In this document: one piece after another, positions 42,341 through 54,729 of the stretch
How positions within the stretch are numbered: position 1 is the stretch's first letter
Layout of the letters: the number at the start of each line of letters is the position of its first letter
Assembly: GCA_043228905.1 (NCBI GenBank)
Contig: JBHGNT010000055.1
Coordinates: forward strand, 1-64,000
Origin: Azolla caroliniana
Taxonomy: Eukaryota; Plantae; Polypodiophyta
Length of the DNA: 64,000 bases
Reading direction: 5' to 3'
Notes under the pieces: model-generated
Databases searched by the model: none
Told to the model about the DNA's origin: nothing
What the model saw: only the letters and a program-made list of their open reading frames with translations
Position numbers and translations under genes: made by a program

Positions 42341-45300
42341 CTAGCGTTGTTAGCTTCGATACGAATGTTTGAACACACAAATCCGATATCACACGAGCCA
42401 GGTATGAACATTTTAATTTACTCAAGGGCTCCTCTCAACTCCCTCCTCAAGATTGCAAATTTCTTCATATCTCTCGACCTGAGTTTCAAAATCTTGATTT
42501 TTTAATACCATATAATAGCTAGCGTTCTTAGCTTCGATTCGCAGGTTTGAACACACAAATCCGATATCACACGAGCCAGGTATGAACATTTTAATGTACT
42601 CAAGGGCTCCTCTCAACTCCCTCCTCAAATTTGGTAATTTCGTCATGTCTCTCGACCTGAGTTTCAAAATCTTGATTTTTTAGTTCCATATAATAGCTAG
42701 CGTTGTTAGCTTCGATACGTATGTTTGAACACACAAATCCGATATCACACGACCCAGGTATAAACATTTTAATTTACTCAAGGGCTCCTCTCAACTCCCT
42801 CCTCAAATTTGGTAATTTCTTCATATCTCTCGACCTGAGTTTGAAAATCTTGATTTTTTAGTTCCATATAATAGCTAGTGTTGTTAGCTTCGATTCGAAT
42901 GTTTGAACACACAAATCCGATATCACACGAGCCATGTATGAACATTGTAATTTACATACTACCTCTTCTCAACACACTCTTCAAATTAGGTAATTTCGTC
43001 ATGTCTCTCGACCTGAGTTTCAAAATCTTGATTTTTTAATTTCATATCAGAGCTAGCGTTGTTAGCTTCGATTCGCATGTTTGAACACAAAAATCCGATA
43101 TCATACAAGCCAGGTATGAACATTTTAATTTACCTACTAGGTCTTCTCAACTCACTCCTCAAATTAGGTAATTTCGTCATGTCTCTCGACCTGAGTTTCA
43201 AAATCTTGATTTTTTAGTTCCATATAATAGCTAGCGTTGTTAGCTTCGATACGTATCTTTGAACACAAAAATCCGATATCACACGAGCCAGGTATGAACA
43301 TTTTAATTTACTCAACGGCTCCTCTCAACTCCCTCCTCAAATTTGGTAATTTCTTCATATCTCTCGACCTGAGTTTCAAAATCTTGATTATTTAGTTCCA
43401 TATCATAGCTAGCGTTGTTAGCTTCGATACGAATGTTTGAACACACAAATCCGATATCACACGAGCCAGGTATGAACATTTTAATTTACTCAAGGGCTCC
43501 TCTCAACTCCCTCCTCAAGATTGCTAATTTCTTCATATCTCTCGACCTGAGTTTCAAAATCTTGATTTTTTAATACCATATAATAGCTAGCGTTGTTAGC
43601 TTCGATTCGCAGGTTTGAACACACAAATCCGATATCACACGAGCCAGGTATGAACATTTTAATGTACTCAAGGGCTCCTCTCAACTCCCTCCTCAAATTT
43701 GGTAATTTCGTCATGTCTCTCGACCTGAGTTTCAAAATCTTGATTTTTTAGTTCCATATAATAGCTAGCGTTGTTAGCTTCGATACGTATCTTTGAACAC
43801 AAAAATCCGATATCACACGAGCCAGGTATGAACATTTTAATTTACTCAACGGCTCCTCTCAACTCCCTCCTCAAATTTGGTAATTTCTTCATATCTCTCG
43901 ACCTGAGTTTCAAAATCTTGATATTTTAGTTCCATATAATAGCTAGCGTTGTTAGCTTCGATACGAATGTTTGAACACAAACATCCGATATCACACGAGC
44001 TAGGTATGAACATTTTAATTTACTCAAGAGCTCCTCTCAACTCCCTCCTCAAGATTGCTAATTTCTTCATATCTCTCGACCTGAGTTTCAAAATCTTGAT
44101 TTTCTAGTTCCATATAATAGCTAGCGTTGTTTGCTTCGATTCGCATGTTTGAACACACAAATCCGATATCACACGATCCAGGTATGAACATTTTAATTTA
44201 CTCAAGGGCTCCTCTCAACTCCCTCCTCAAATTTGGTAATTTCGTCATGTCTCTCGACCTGAGTTTCAAAATCTTGATTTTTTAGTCCCATATCATAGCT
44301 AGCGTTGTTAGCTTCGATACGTATGTTTGAACACAAAAATCCGATATCACACGAGCCAGGTATGAACAGTTTAATTTACTCAAGGGCTCCTCTCAACTCC
44401 CTCCTCAAATTTGGTAATTTCTTCATATCTCTCGACCTGAGTTTCAAAATCTTGATTTTTTAGTTCCATATAATAGCTAGCGTTGTTAGCTTCGATACGA
44501 ATGTTTGAACACACAAATCCGATATCACACGACCCAGGTATAAACATTTTAATTTACTCAAGGGCTCCTCTCTACTCCCTCCTCAGGTTTGCTAATATCT
44601 TCATATCTCTTGACCTGAGTTTCAAAATCTTGATTTTTTAATACCATATAATAGCTAGCGTTGTTAGCTTCGATTCGCAGGTTTGAACACAGAAATCCGA
44701 TATCACACTCGCCAGGTATGAACATTTTAATTTACTCAAGGGCTCCTCCCAACTCCCTCCTCAAATTTGGTAATTTCTTCATATCTCTCGACCTGAGTTT
44801 CAAAATCTTGATTATTTAGTTCCATATAATAGCTAGCGTTGTTAGCTTCGAAACGAATGTTTGAACACACAAATCCGATATCACACGCGCCAGGTATGAA
44901 CATTGTAATTTACCTACTAACTCTTCCCAACTCCCTCCTCAAATTTGGTAATTTCGTCATCTCTCTCGGTCTGAGTTTCACAATCTTGGTTTTTTAATTT
45001 CATATCATAGCTAGCGTTGTTAGCTTCGATTCGCATGTTTGAACACAAAAATCCGATATGACACGAGCCAGGTATGAACATTTTAATTTACTCAAGGGCT
45101 CCTCTCAACTCCCTCCTCAAGATTGCTAATTTCTTCATATCTCTCGGCCTGAGTTTCAAAATCTTGATTTTTTAGTTCCATATAATAGCTAGTGTTGTTA
45201 GCTTCGATTCGAATGTTTGAACACAAAAATCCGATATCACACGAGCCATGTATGAACATTGTAATTTACATACTACCTCTTCTCAACACACTCTTCAAAT

Positions 45301-48300
45301 TAGGTAATTTCGTCATGTCTCTCGACCTGAGTTTCAAAATCTTGATTTTTTAATTTCATATCAGAGCTAGCGTTGTTAGCTTCGATTCGCATGTTTGAAC
45401 ACAAAAATCCGATATCATACAAGCCAGGTATGAACATTTTAATTTACCTACTAGGTCTTCTCAACTCACTCCTCAAATTAGGTAATTTCGTCATGTCTCT
45501 CGACCTGAGTTTCAAAATCTTGATTTTTTAGTTCCATATAATAGCTAGCGTTGTTAGCTTCGATTCGCATGTTTGAACACAAAAATCCGATATCACACGC
45601 GCCAGGTATAAACATTGTAATTTACCTACTAGCTCTCCCCAACTCCCTCCTCAAATTTGGTAATTTCGTCATGTCTCTCGATCTGAGTTTCACAATCTTG
45701 GTTTTTTAATTCCATATCATAGCTAGCGTTGTTAGCTTCGATTCGCATGTTTGAACACAAAAATCCGATATCATACAAGCCACGTATGAACATTTTTATT
45801 TACCTACTAGGTCTTCTCAACTCACTCCTCAAATTAGGTAATTTCGTCATGTCTCTCGACCTGAGTTTTAAAATCTTGATTTTTTAGTTCCATATAATAG
45901 CTAGCGTTGTTAGCTTCGATTCGCATGTTTGAACACAAAAATCCGATATCACACGCGCCAGGTATAAACATTGTAATTTACCTACTAGCTCTCCCCAACT
46001 CCCTCCTCAAATTTGGTAATTTCGTCATGTCTCTCGATCTGAGTTTCAAATTTTGGTTTTTTAATTCCATATCATAGCTAGCGTTGTTAGCTTCGATTCG
46101 CATGTTTGAACACAAAAATTCGATATCACACGAGCCAGGTATGAACATTTTAATTTACTCAAGGGCTCCTCTCAATGCCCTCCTCAAATTTGGTAATTTC
46201 TTCAAATCTCTAGACCTGAATTTCAAAATCTTGATTTTTTAGTCCCATATAATAGCTAGCGTTGTTAGCTTCGATTCGCATGTTTGAACACAAAAATCCG
46301 ATATCACACGCGCCAGGTATGAACATTTTAATTTACTCAAGGGCTCCTCTCAACTCCCTCCTCAAATTTGGTAATTTCGTCATGTCTCTCGACCTTAGTT
46401 TCAAAATCTTGATTATTTAGTTCCATATAATAGCTAGCGTTGTTAGCTTCGATACGAATGTTTGAACACACAAATCCGATATCACACGACCCAGGTATGA
46501 ACATTCTAATTTACTCAAGGGCTCCTCTCAACTCCCTCCTCAAGTTTGCTAATTTCTTCATATCTCTCGACCTGAGTTTTAAAATCTTGATTATTTAGTT
46601 CCATATAATAGCTAGAGTTGTTAGCTTCGATACAAATGTTTGAACACAAAAATCCGATATCACACAGGCCAGGTATGAACATTTTAATTTACTCAAGGGC
46701 TCCTCTCAATGCCCTCCTCAAATTTGGTAATTTCGTCATGTCTCTCGACCTGAGTTTCAAAATCTTGATTTTCTAGTTCCATATAATAACTAGCGTTGTT
46801 AGCTTCGATACGTATGTTTGAACACAAACATCCGATATCACACGAGCTAGGTATGAACATTTTAATTTACTCAAGAGCTCCTCTCAACTCCCTCCTCAAG
46901 ATTGCTAATTTCTTCATATCTCTCGACCTTAGTTTCAAAATCTTGATTATTTAGTTCCATATCATAGCTAGCGTTGTTAGCTTCTATTCGCATGTTTGAA
47001 CACAAAAATCCGATATCACGCGAGCCAGGTATGAACATTTTAATTTACTCAAGGACTCCTCCCAACTCCCTCCTCAAATTTGGTAATTTCTTCATATCTC
47101 TCGACCTGAGTTTCAAAATCTTGATTATTTAGTTCCATATAATAGCTAGCGTTGTTAGCTTCGATTCGCATGTTTGAACACACAAATCCGATATCACACG
47201 AGCCAGGTATGAACATTTTAATTTACTCAAGGGCTCCTCTCAACTCCCTCCTCAAATTTGGTAATTTCGTCATGTCTCTCGACCTGAGTTTCAAAATCTT
47301 GATTTTCTAGTTCCATATAATAACTAGCGTTGTTAGCTTCGATACGAATGTTTGAACACACAAATCCGATATCACACGAGCCAGGTATGAACATTTTAAT
47401 TTACTCAAGGGCTCCTCTCAACTCCCTCCTCAAGATTGCTAATTTCTTCATATCTCTCGACCTGAGTTTCAAAATCTTGATTTTTTAATACCATATAATA
47501 GCTAGCGTTGTTAGCTTCGATTCGCAGGTTTGAACACACAAATCCGATATCACACGAGCCAGGTATGAACATTTTATTGTACTCAAGGGCTCCTCTCAAC
47601 TCCCTCCTCAAATTTGGTAATTTCGTCATGTCTCTCGACCTGAGTTTCAAAATCTTGATTTTTTAGTTCCATATAATAGCTAGCGTTGTTAGCTTCGATA
47701 CGTATCTTTGAACACAAAAATCCGATATCACACGAGCCAGGTATGAACATTTTAATTTACTCAAGGGATCCTCTCAACTCCCTCCTCAAATTTGGTAACT
47801 TCTTCATATCTCTCGACCTGAGTTTCAAAATCTTGATTTTTGAGTTCCATATAATAGCTAGCGTTGTTAGCTTCGATACGAATGTTTGAACACAAACATC
47901 CGATATCACGCGAGCCAGGTATGAACATTTTAATTTACTCAAGGGCTCCTCTCAACTCCCTCCTCAAATTTGGTAATTTCGTCTTTGCTCTCGACCTGAG
48001 TTTCAAAATCTTGATTTTTTAGTTCCATATAATAGCTAGCGTTGTTAGCTTCGATACGTATGTTTGAACACAAAAATCCGATATCACACGAGCCAGGTAT
48101 GAACATTTTAATTTACTCAAGGGCTCCTCTCAACTCCCTCCTCAAATTTGGTAATTTCGTCATGTCTCTCGACCTGAGTTTCAAAATCTTGATTTTCTAG
48201 TTCCATATAATAACTAGCGTTGTTAGCTTCGATACGTATGTTTGAACACAATCATCCGATATCACACGAGCCAGGTATGAACATTTTAATTTACTCAAGG

Positions 48301-49744
48301 ACTCCTCCCAACTCCCTCCTCAAATTTGGTAATTTCTTCATATCTCTCGACCTGAGTTTCAAAATCTTGATTATTTAGTTCCATATAATAGCTAGCGTTG
48401 TTAGCTTCGATTCGCATGTTTGAACACACAAATCCGATATCACACGAGCCAGGTATGAACATTTTAATTTACTCAAGGGCTCCTCTCAACTACCTCCTCA
48501 AGATTGCTAATTTCTTCATATCTCTCGACCTGAGTTTCAAAATCTTGATTTTTTAATACCATATAATAGCTAGCGTTGTTAGATTCGATACGAATGTTTG
48601 AACACAAACATCCGATATCACACGAGCTAGGTATGAACATTTTAATTTACTCAAGAGCTCCTCTCAACTCCCTCCTCAAGATTGCTAATTTCTTCATATC
48701 TCTCGACCTGAGTTTTAAAATCTTGATTTTTTAGTTCCATATAATAGCTAGCGTTGTTTGCTTCGATTCGCATGTTTGAACACACAAATCCGATATCACA
48801 CGAGCCAGGTATGAACATTTTAATTTACTCAAGGGCTCCTCTCAACTCCCTCCTCAAGATTGCTAATTTCTTCATATCTCTCGACCTGAGTTTCAAAATC
48901 TTGATTTTTTAATACCATATAATAGCTAGCGTTGTTAGCTTCGATTCGCAGGTTTGAACACACAAATCCGATATGACACGAGCCAGGTATGAACATTTTA
49001 ATGTACTCAAGGGCTCCTCTCAACTCCCTCCTCAAATTTGGTAATTTCGTCATGTCTCTCGACCTGAGTTTCAAAATCTTGATTTTTTAGTTCCATATAA
49101 TAGCTAGCGTTGTTAGCTTCGATACGTATGTTTGAACACAAAAATCCGATATCACACGAGCCAGGTATGAACATTTTAATTTACTCAAGGGCTCCTCTCA
49201 ACTCCCTCCTCAAGATTGCTAATTTCTTCATATCTCTCGACCTGAGTTTCAAAATCTTGATTTTTTAATACCATATAATAGCTAGCGTTGTTAGATTCGA
49301 TACGAATGTTTGAACACAAACATCCGATATCACACGAGCTAGGTATGAACATTTTAATTTACTCAAGGGCTCCTCTCAACTCCCTCCTCAAGATTGCTAA
49401 TTTCTTCATGTCTCTCGACCTGAGTTTCAAAATCTTGATTTTTTAGTTCCATATAATACCTAGCGTTGTTAGCTTCGATTCGCATGTTTGAACACACAAA
49501 TCCGATATCACACGAGCCAGGTATGAACATTTTAATTTACTCAAGGGCTCCTCTCAACTCCCTCCTCAAGATTGCTAATTTCTTCATATCTCTCGACCTG
49601 AGTTTCAAAATCTTGATTTTTTAATACCATATAATAGCTAGCGTTGTTAGCTTCGATTCGCAGGTTTGAACACACAAATCCGATATCACACGAGCCAGGT
49701 ATGAACATTTTAATGTACTCAAGGGTTCCTCTCAACTCCCTCCT

Positions 49745-49774
49745 CAAATTTGGTAATTTAGTTCCATATAATAG
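49745..49774 (+). other. 41-bp deletion junction, copy 2 (identical to copy 1)
   Basis: GGTAATTT|AGTTCC at 49759/49760. ORF spacing 49541 to 49856 is 315, and the same upstream GGGTTCCT SNP is present. Confidence 0.95.
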
Positions 49775-50049
49775 CTAGCGTTGTTAGCTTCGATACGAAT
49801 GTTTGAACACACAAATCCGATATCACACGAGCCAGGTATGAACATTTTAATTTACTCAAGGGCTCCTCTCAACTCCCTCCTCAAGATTGCAAATTTCTTC
49901 ATATCTCTCGACCTGAGTTTCAAAATCTTGATTTTTTAATACCATATAATAGCTAGCGTTCTTAGCTTCGATTCGCAGGTTTGAACACACAAATCCGATA
50001 TCACACGAGCCAGGTATGAACATTTTAATGTACTCAAGGGCTCCTCTCA

Positions 50050-51120
50050 ACTCCCTCCTCAAATTTGGTAATTTCGTCATGTCTCTCGACCTGAGTTTCA
50101 AAATCTTGATTTTTTAGTTCCATATAATAGCTAGCGTTGTTAGCTTCGATACGTATGTTTGAACACACAAATCCGATATCACACGACCCAGGTATAAACA
50201 TTTTAATTTACTCAAGGGCTCCTCTCAACTCCCTCCTCAAATTTGGTAATTTCTTCATATCTCTCGACCTGAGTTTCAAAATCTTGATTTTTGAATACCA
50301 TATAATAGCTAGCGTTGTTAGCTTCGATTCGCAGGTTTGAACACAAAATTCCGATATCACACGAGCCAGGTATGAACATTTTAATTTACTCAAGGGCTCC
50401 TCTCAACTCCCTCCTCAAGATTGCTAATTTCTTCATATCTCTCGACCTGAGTTTCAAAATCTTGATTATTTAGTTCCATATCATAGCTAGCGTTGTTAGC
50501 TTCGATACGAATGTTTGAACACACAAATCCGATAGCACGCGATCCAGGTATGAACATTTTAATTTACTCAAGGGCTCCTCTCAACTCCCTCCTCAAATTT
50601 GGTAATTTCGTCATGTCTCTCGACCTGAGTTTCAAAATCTTGATTTTTTAGTTCCATATAATAGCTAGCGTTGTTAGCTTCGATACGTATGTTTGAACAC
50701 ACAAATCCGATATCACACGACCCAGGTATAAACATTTTAATTTACTCAAGGGCTCCTCTCAACTCCCTCCTCAAATTTGGTAATTTCTTCATATCTCTCG
50801 ACCTGAGTTTCAAAATCTTGATTTTTGAATACCATATAATAGCTAGCGTTGTTAGCTTCGATTCGCAGGTTTGAACACAAAATTCCGATATCACACGAGC
50901 CAGGTATGAACATTTTAATTTACTCAAGGGCTCCTCTCAACTCCCTCCTCAAGATTGCTAATTTCTTCATATCTCTCGACCTGAGTTTCAAAATCTTGAT
51001 TATTTAGTTCCATATCATAGCTAGCGTTGTTAGCTTCGATACGAATGTTTGAACACACAAATCCGATAGCACGCGATCCAGGTATGAACATTTTAATTTA
51101 CTCAAGGGCTCCTCTCAACT
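50050..51120 (+). repeat. 3-monomer (534-bp) tandem duplication
   Basis: Identical variant ORFs at 50137 and 50671; shared markers TTTTGAATACC, AAAATTCCG and GCGATCCAGG. Confidence 0.85.
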
Positions 51121-51859
51121 CCCTCCTCAAGATTGCTAATTTCTTCATATCTCTCGACCTGAGTTTCAAAATCTTGATTTTTTAGTCCCATATCATAGCT
51201 AGCGTTGTTAGCTTCGATACGTATGTTTGAACACAAAAATCCGATATCACACGAGCCAGGTATGAACAGTTTAATTTACTCAAGGGCTCCTCTCAACTCC
51301 CTCCTCAAATTTGGTAATTTCTTCATATCTCTCGACCTGAGTTTCAAAATCTTGATTTTTTAGTTCCATATAATAGCTAGCGTTGTTAGCTTCGATACGA
51401 ATGTTTGAACACACAAATCCGATATCACACGACCCAGGTATAAACATTTTAATTTACTCAAGGGCTCCTCTCTACTCCCTCCTCAGGTTTGCTAATATCT
51501 TCATATCTCTTGACCTGAGTTTCAAAATCTTGATTTTTTAATACCATATAATAGCTAGCGTTGTTAGCTTCGATTCGCAGGTTTGAACACAGAAATCCGA
51601 TATCACACTCGCCAGGTATGAACATTTTAATTTACTCAAGGGCTCCTCCCAACTCCCTCCTCAAATTTGGTAATTTCTTCATATCTCTCGACCTGAGTTT
51701 CAAAATCTTGATTATTTAGTTCCATATAATAGCTAGCGTTGTTAGCTTCGATACGAATGTTTGAACACACAAATCCGATATCACACGCGCCAGGTATGAA
51801 CATTGTAATTTACCTACTAACTCTTCCCAACTCCCTCCTCAAATTTGGTAATTTCGTCA

Positions 51860-54720
51860 TGTCTCTCGACCTGAGTTTCAAAATCTTGATTTTTTAGTTC
51901 CATATAATAGCTAGCGTTGTTAGCTTCGATACGTATGTTTGAACACACAAATCCGATATCACACGACCCAGGTATAAACATTTTAATTTACTCAAGGGCT
52001 CCTCTCAACTCCCTCCTCAAATTTGGTAATTTCTTCATATCTCTCGACCTGAGTTTGAAAATCTTGATTTTTTAGTTTCATATAATAGCTAGTGTTGTTA
52101 GCTTCGATTCGAATGTTTGAACACAAAAATCCGATATCACACGAGCCATGTATGAACATTGTAATTTACATACTACCTCTTCTCAACACACTCTTCAAAT
52201 TAGGTAATTTCGTCATGTCTCTCGACCTGAGTTTCAAAATCTTGATTTTTTAATTTCATATCAGAGCTAGCGTTGTTAGCTTCGATTCGCATGTTTGAAC
52301 AAAAAAATCCGATATCATACAAGCCAGGTATGAACATTTTAATTTACCTACTAGGTCTTCTCAACTCACTCCTCAAATTAGGTAATTTCGTCATGTCTCT
52401 CGACCTGAGTTTCAAAATCTTGATTTTTTAGTTCCATATAATAGCTAGCGTTGTTAGCTTCGATACGTATCTTTGAACACAAAAATCCGATATCACACGA
52501 GCCAGGTATGAACATTTTAATTTACTCAACGGCTCCTCTCAACTCCCTCCTCAAATTTGGTAATTTCTTCATATCTCTCGACCTGAGTTTCAAAATCTTG
52601 ATTATTTAGTTCCATATCATAGCTAGCGTTGTTAGCTTCGATACGAATGTTTGAACACACAAATCCGATATCACACGAGCCAGGTATGAACATTTTAATT
52701 TACTCAAGGGCTCCTCTCAACTCCCTCCTCAAGATTGCTAATTTCTTCATATCTCTCGACCTGAGTTTCAAAATCTTGATTTTTTAATACCATATAATAG
52801 CTAGCGTTGTTAGCTTCGATTCGCAGGTTTGAACACACAAATCCGATATCACACGAGCCAGGTATGAACATTTTAATGTACTCAAGGGCTCCTCTCAACT
52901 CCCTCCTCAAATTTGGTAATTTCGTCATGTCTCTCGACCTGAGTTTCAAAATCTTGATTTTTTAGTTCCATATAATAGCTAGCGTTGTTAGCTTCGATAC
53001 GTATCTTTGAACACAAAAATCCGATATCACACGAGCCAGGTATGAACATTTTAATTTACTCAACGGCTCCTCTCAACTCCCTCCTCAAATTTGGTAATTT
53101 CTTCATATCTCTCGACCTGAGTTTCAAAATCTTGATATTTTAGTTCCATATAATAGCTAGCGTTGTTAGCTTCGATACGAATGTTTGAACACAAACATCC
53201 GATATCACACGAGCTAGGTATGAACATTTTAATTTACTCAAGAGCTCCTCTCAACTCCCTCCTCAAGATTGCTAATTTCTTCATATCTCTCGACCTGAGT
53301 TTCAAAATCTTGATTTTCTAGTTCCATATAATAGCTAGCGTTGTTTGCTTCGATTCGCATGTTTGAACACACAAATCCGATATCACACGATCCAGGTATG
53401 AACATTTTAATTTACTCAAGGGCTCCTCTCAACTCCCTCCTCAAATTTGGTAATTTCGTCATGTCTCTCGACCTGAGTTTCAAAATCTTGATTTTTTAGT
53501 CCCATATCATAGCTAGCGTTGTTAGCTTCGATACGTATGTTTGAACACAAAAATCCGATATCACACGAGCCAGGTATGAACAGTTTAATTTACTCAAGGG
53601 CTCCTCTCAACTCCCTCCTCAAATTTGGTAATTTCTTCATATCTCTCGACCTGAGTTTCAAAATCTTGATTTTTTAGTTCCATATAATAGCTAGCGTTGT
53701 TAGCTTCGATACGAATGTTTGAACACACAAATCCGATATCACACGACCCAGGTATAAACATTTTAATTTACTCAAGGGCTCCTCTCTACTCCCTCCTCAG
53801 GTTTGCTAATATCTTCATATCTCTTGACCTGAGTTTCAAAATCTTGATTTTTTAATACCATATAATAGCTAGCGTTGTTAGCTTCGATTCGCAGGTTTGA
53901 ACACAGAAATCCGATATCACACTCGCCAGGTATGAACATTTTAATTTACTCAAGGGCTCCTCCCAACTCCCTCCTCAAATTTGGTAATTTCTTCATATCT
54001 CTCGACCTGAGTTTCAAAATCTTGATTATTTAGTTCCATATAATAGCTAGCGTTGTTAGCTTCGAAACGAATGTTTGAACACACAAATCCGATATCACAC
54101 GCGCCAGGTATGAACATTGTAATTTACCTACTAACTCTTCCCAACTCCCTCCTCAAATTTGGTAATTTCGTCATCTCTCTCGGTCTGAGTTTCACAATCT
54201 TGGTTTTTTAATTTCATATCATAGCTAGCGTTGTTAGCTTCGATTCGCATGTTTGAACACAAAAATCCGATATGACACGAGCCAGGTATGAACATTTTAA
54301 TTTACTCAAGGGCTCCTCTCAACTCCCTCCTCAAGATTGCTAATTTCTTCATATCTCTCGACCTGAGTTTCAAAATCTTGATTTTTTAGTTCCATATAAT
54401 AGCTAGTGTTGTTAGCTTCGATTCGAATGTTTGAACACAAAAATCCGATATCACACGAGCCATGTATGAACATTGTAATTTACATACTACCTCTTCTCAA
54501 CACACTCTTCAAATTAGGTAATTTCGTCATGTCTCTCGACCTGAGTTTCAAAATCTTGATTTTTTAATTTCATATCAGAGCTAGCGTTGTTAGCTTCGAT
54601 TCGCATGTTTGAACACAAAAATCCGATATCATACAAGCCAGGTATGAACATTTTAATTTACCTACTAGGTCTTCTCAACTCACTCCTCAAATTAGGTAAT
54701 TTCGTCATGTCTCTCGACCT
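51860..54720 (+). repeat. About 16-monomer block duplicated from ~42645-45505 (offset 9214)
   Basis: Shared markers GTTTGAAAAT (42841/52055) and TTCGAAACG (44851/54065), ORFs 43490/52704, and the same order of divergent monomers. Confidence 0.85.
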
Positions 54721-54729
54721 GAGTTTCAA

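Larger units (their letters stand above)
42840..54720 (+). repeat. Domain with interspersed divergent-subfamily monomers (TACCTACTA/TACATACTA type) and many private SNPs
   Basis: About 14 monomers have CTCAAGGGCTCC replaced by CATACTACCTCT, CCTACTAGGTCT, CCTACTAACTCT or CCTACTAGCTCT. None were seen outside this interval. Confidence 0.9.

Noticed and set aside
42900-46100. Transposon or foreign insertion at the divergent segments
   Set aside because: The 178-bp phase is preserved and the segments align to the monomer. There are no target-site duplications, LTRs or terminal inverted repeats.
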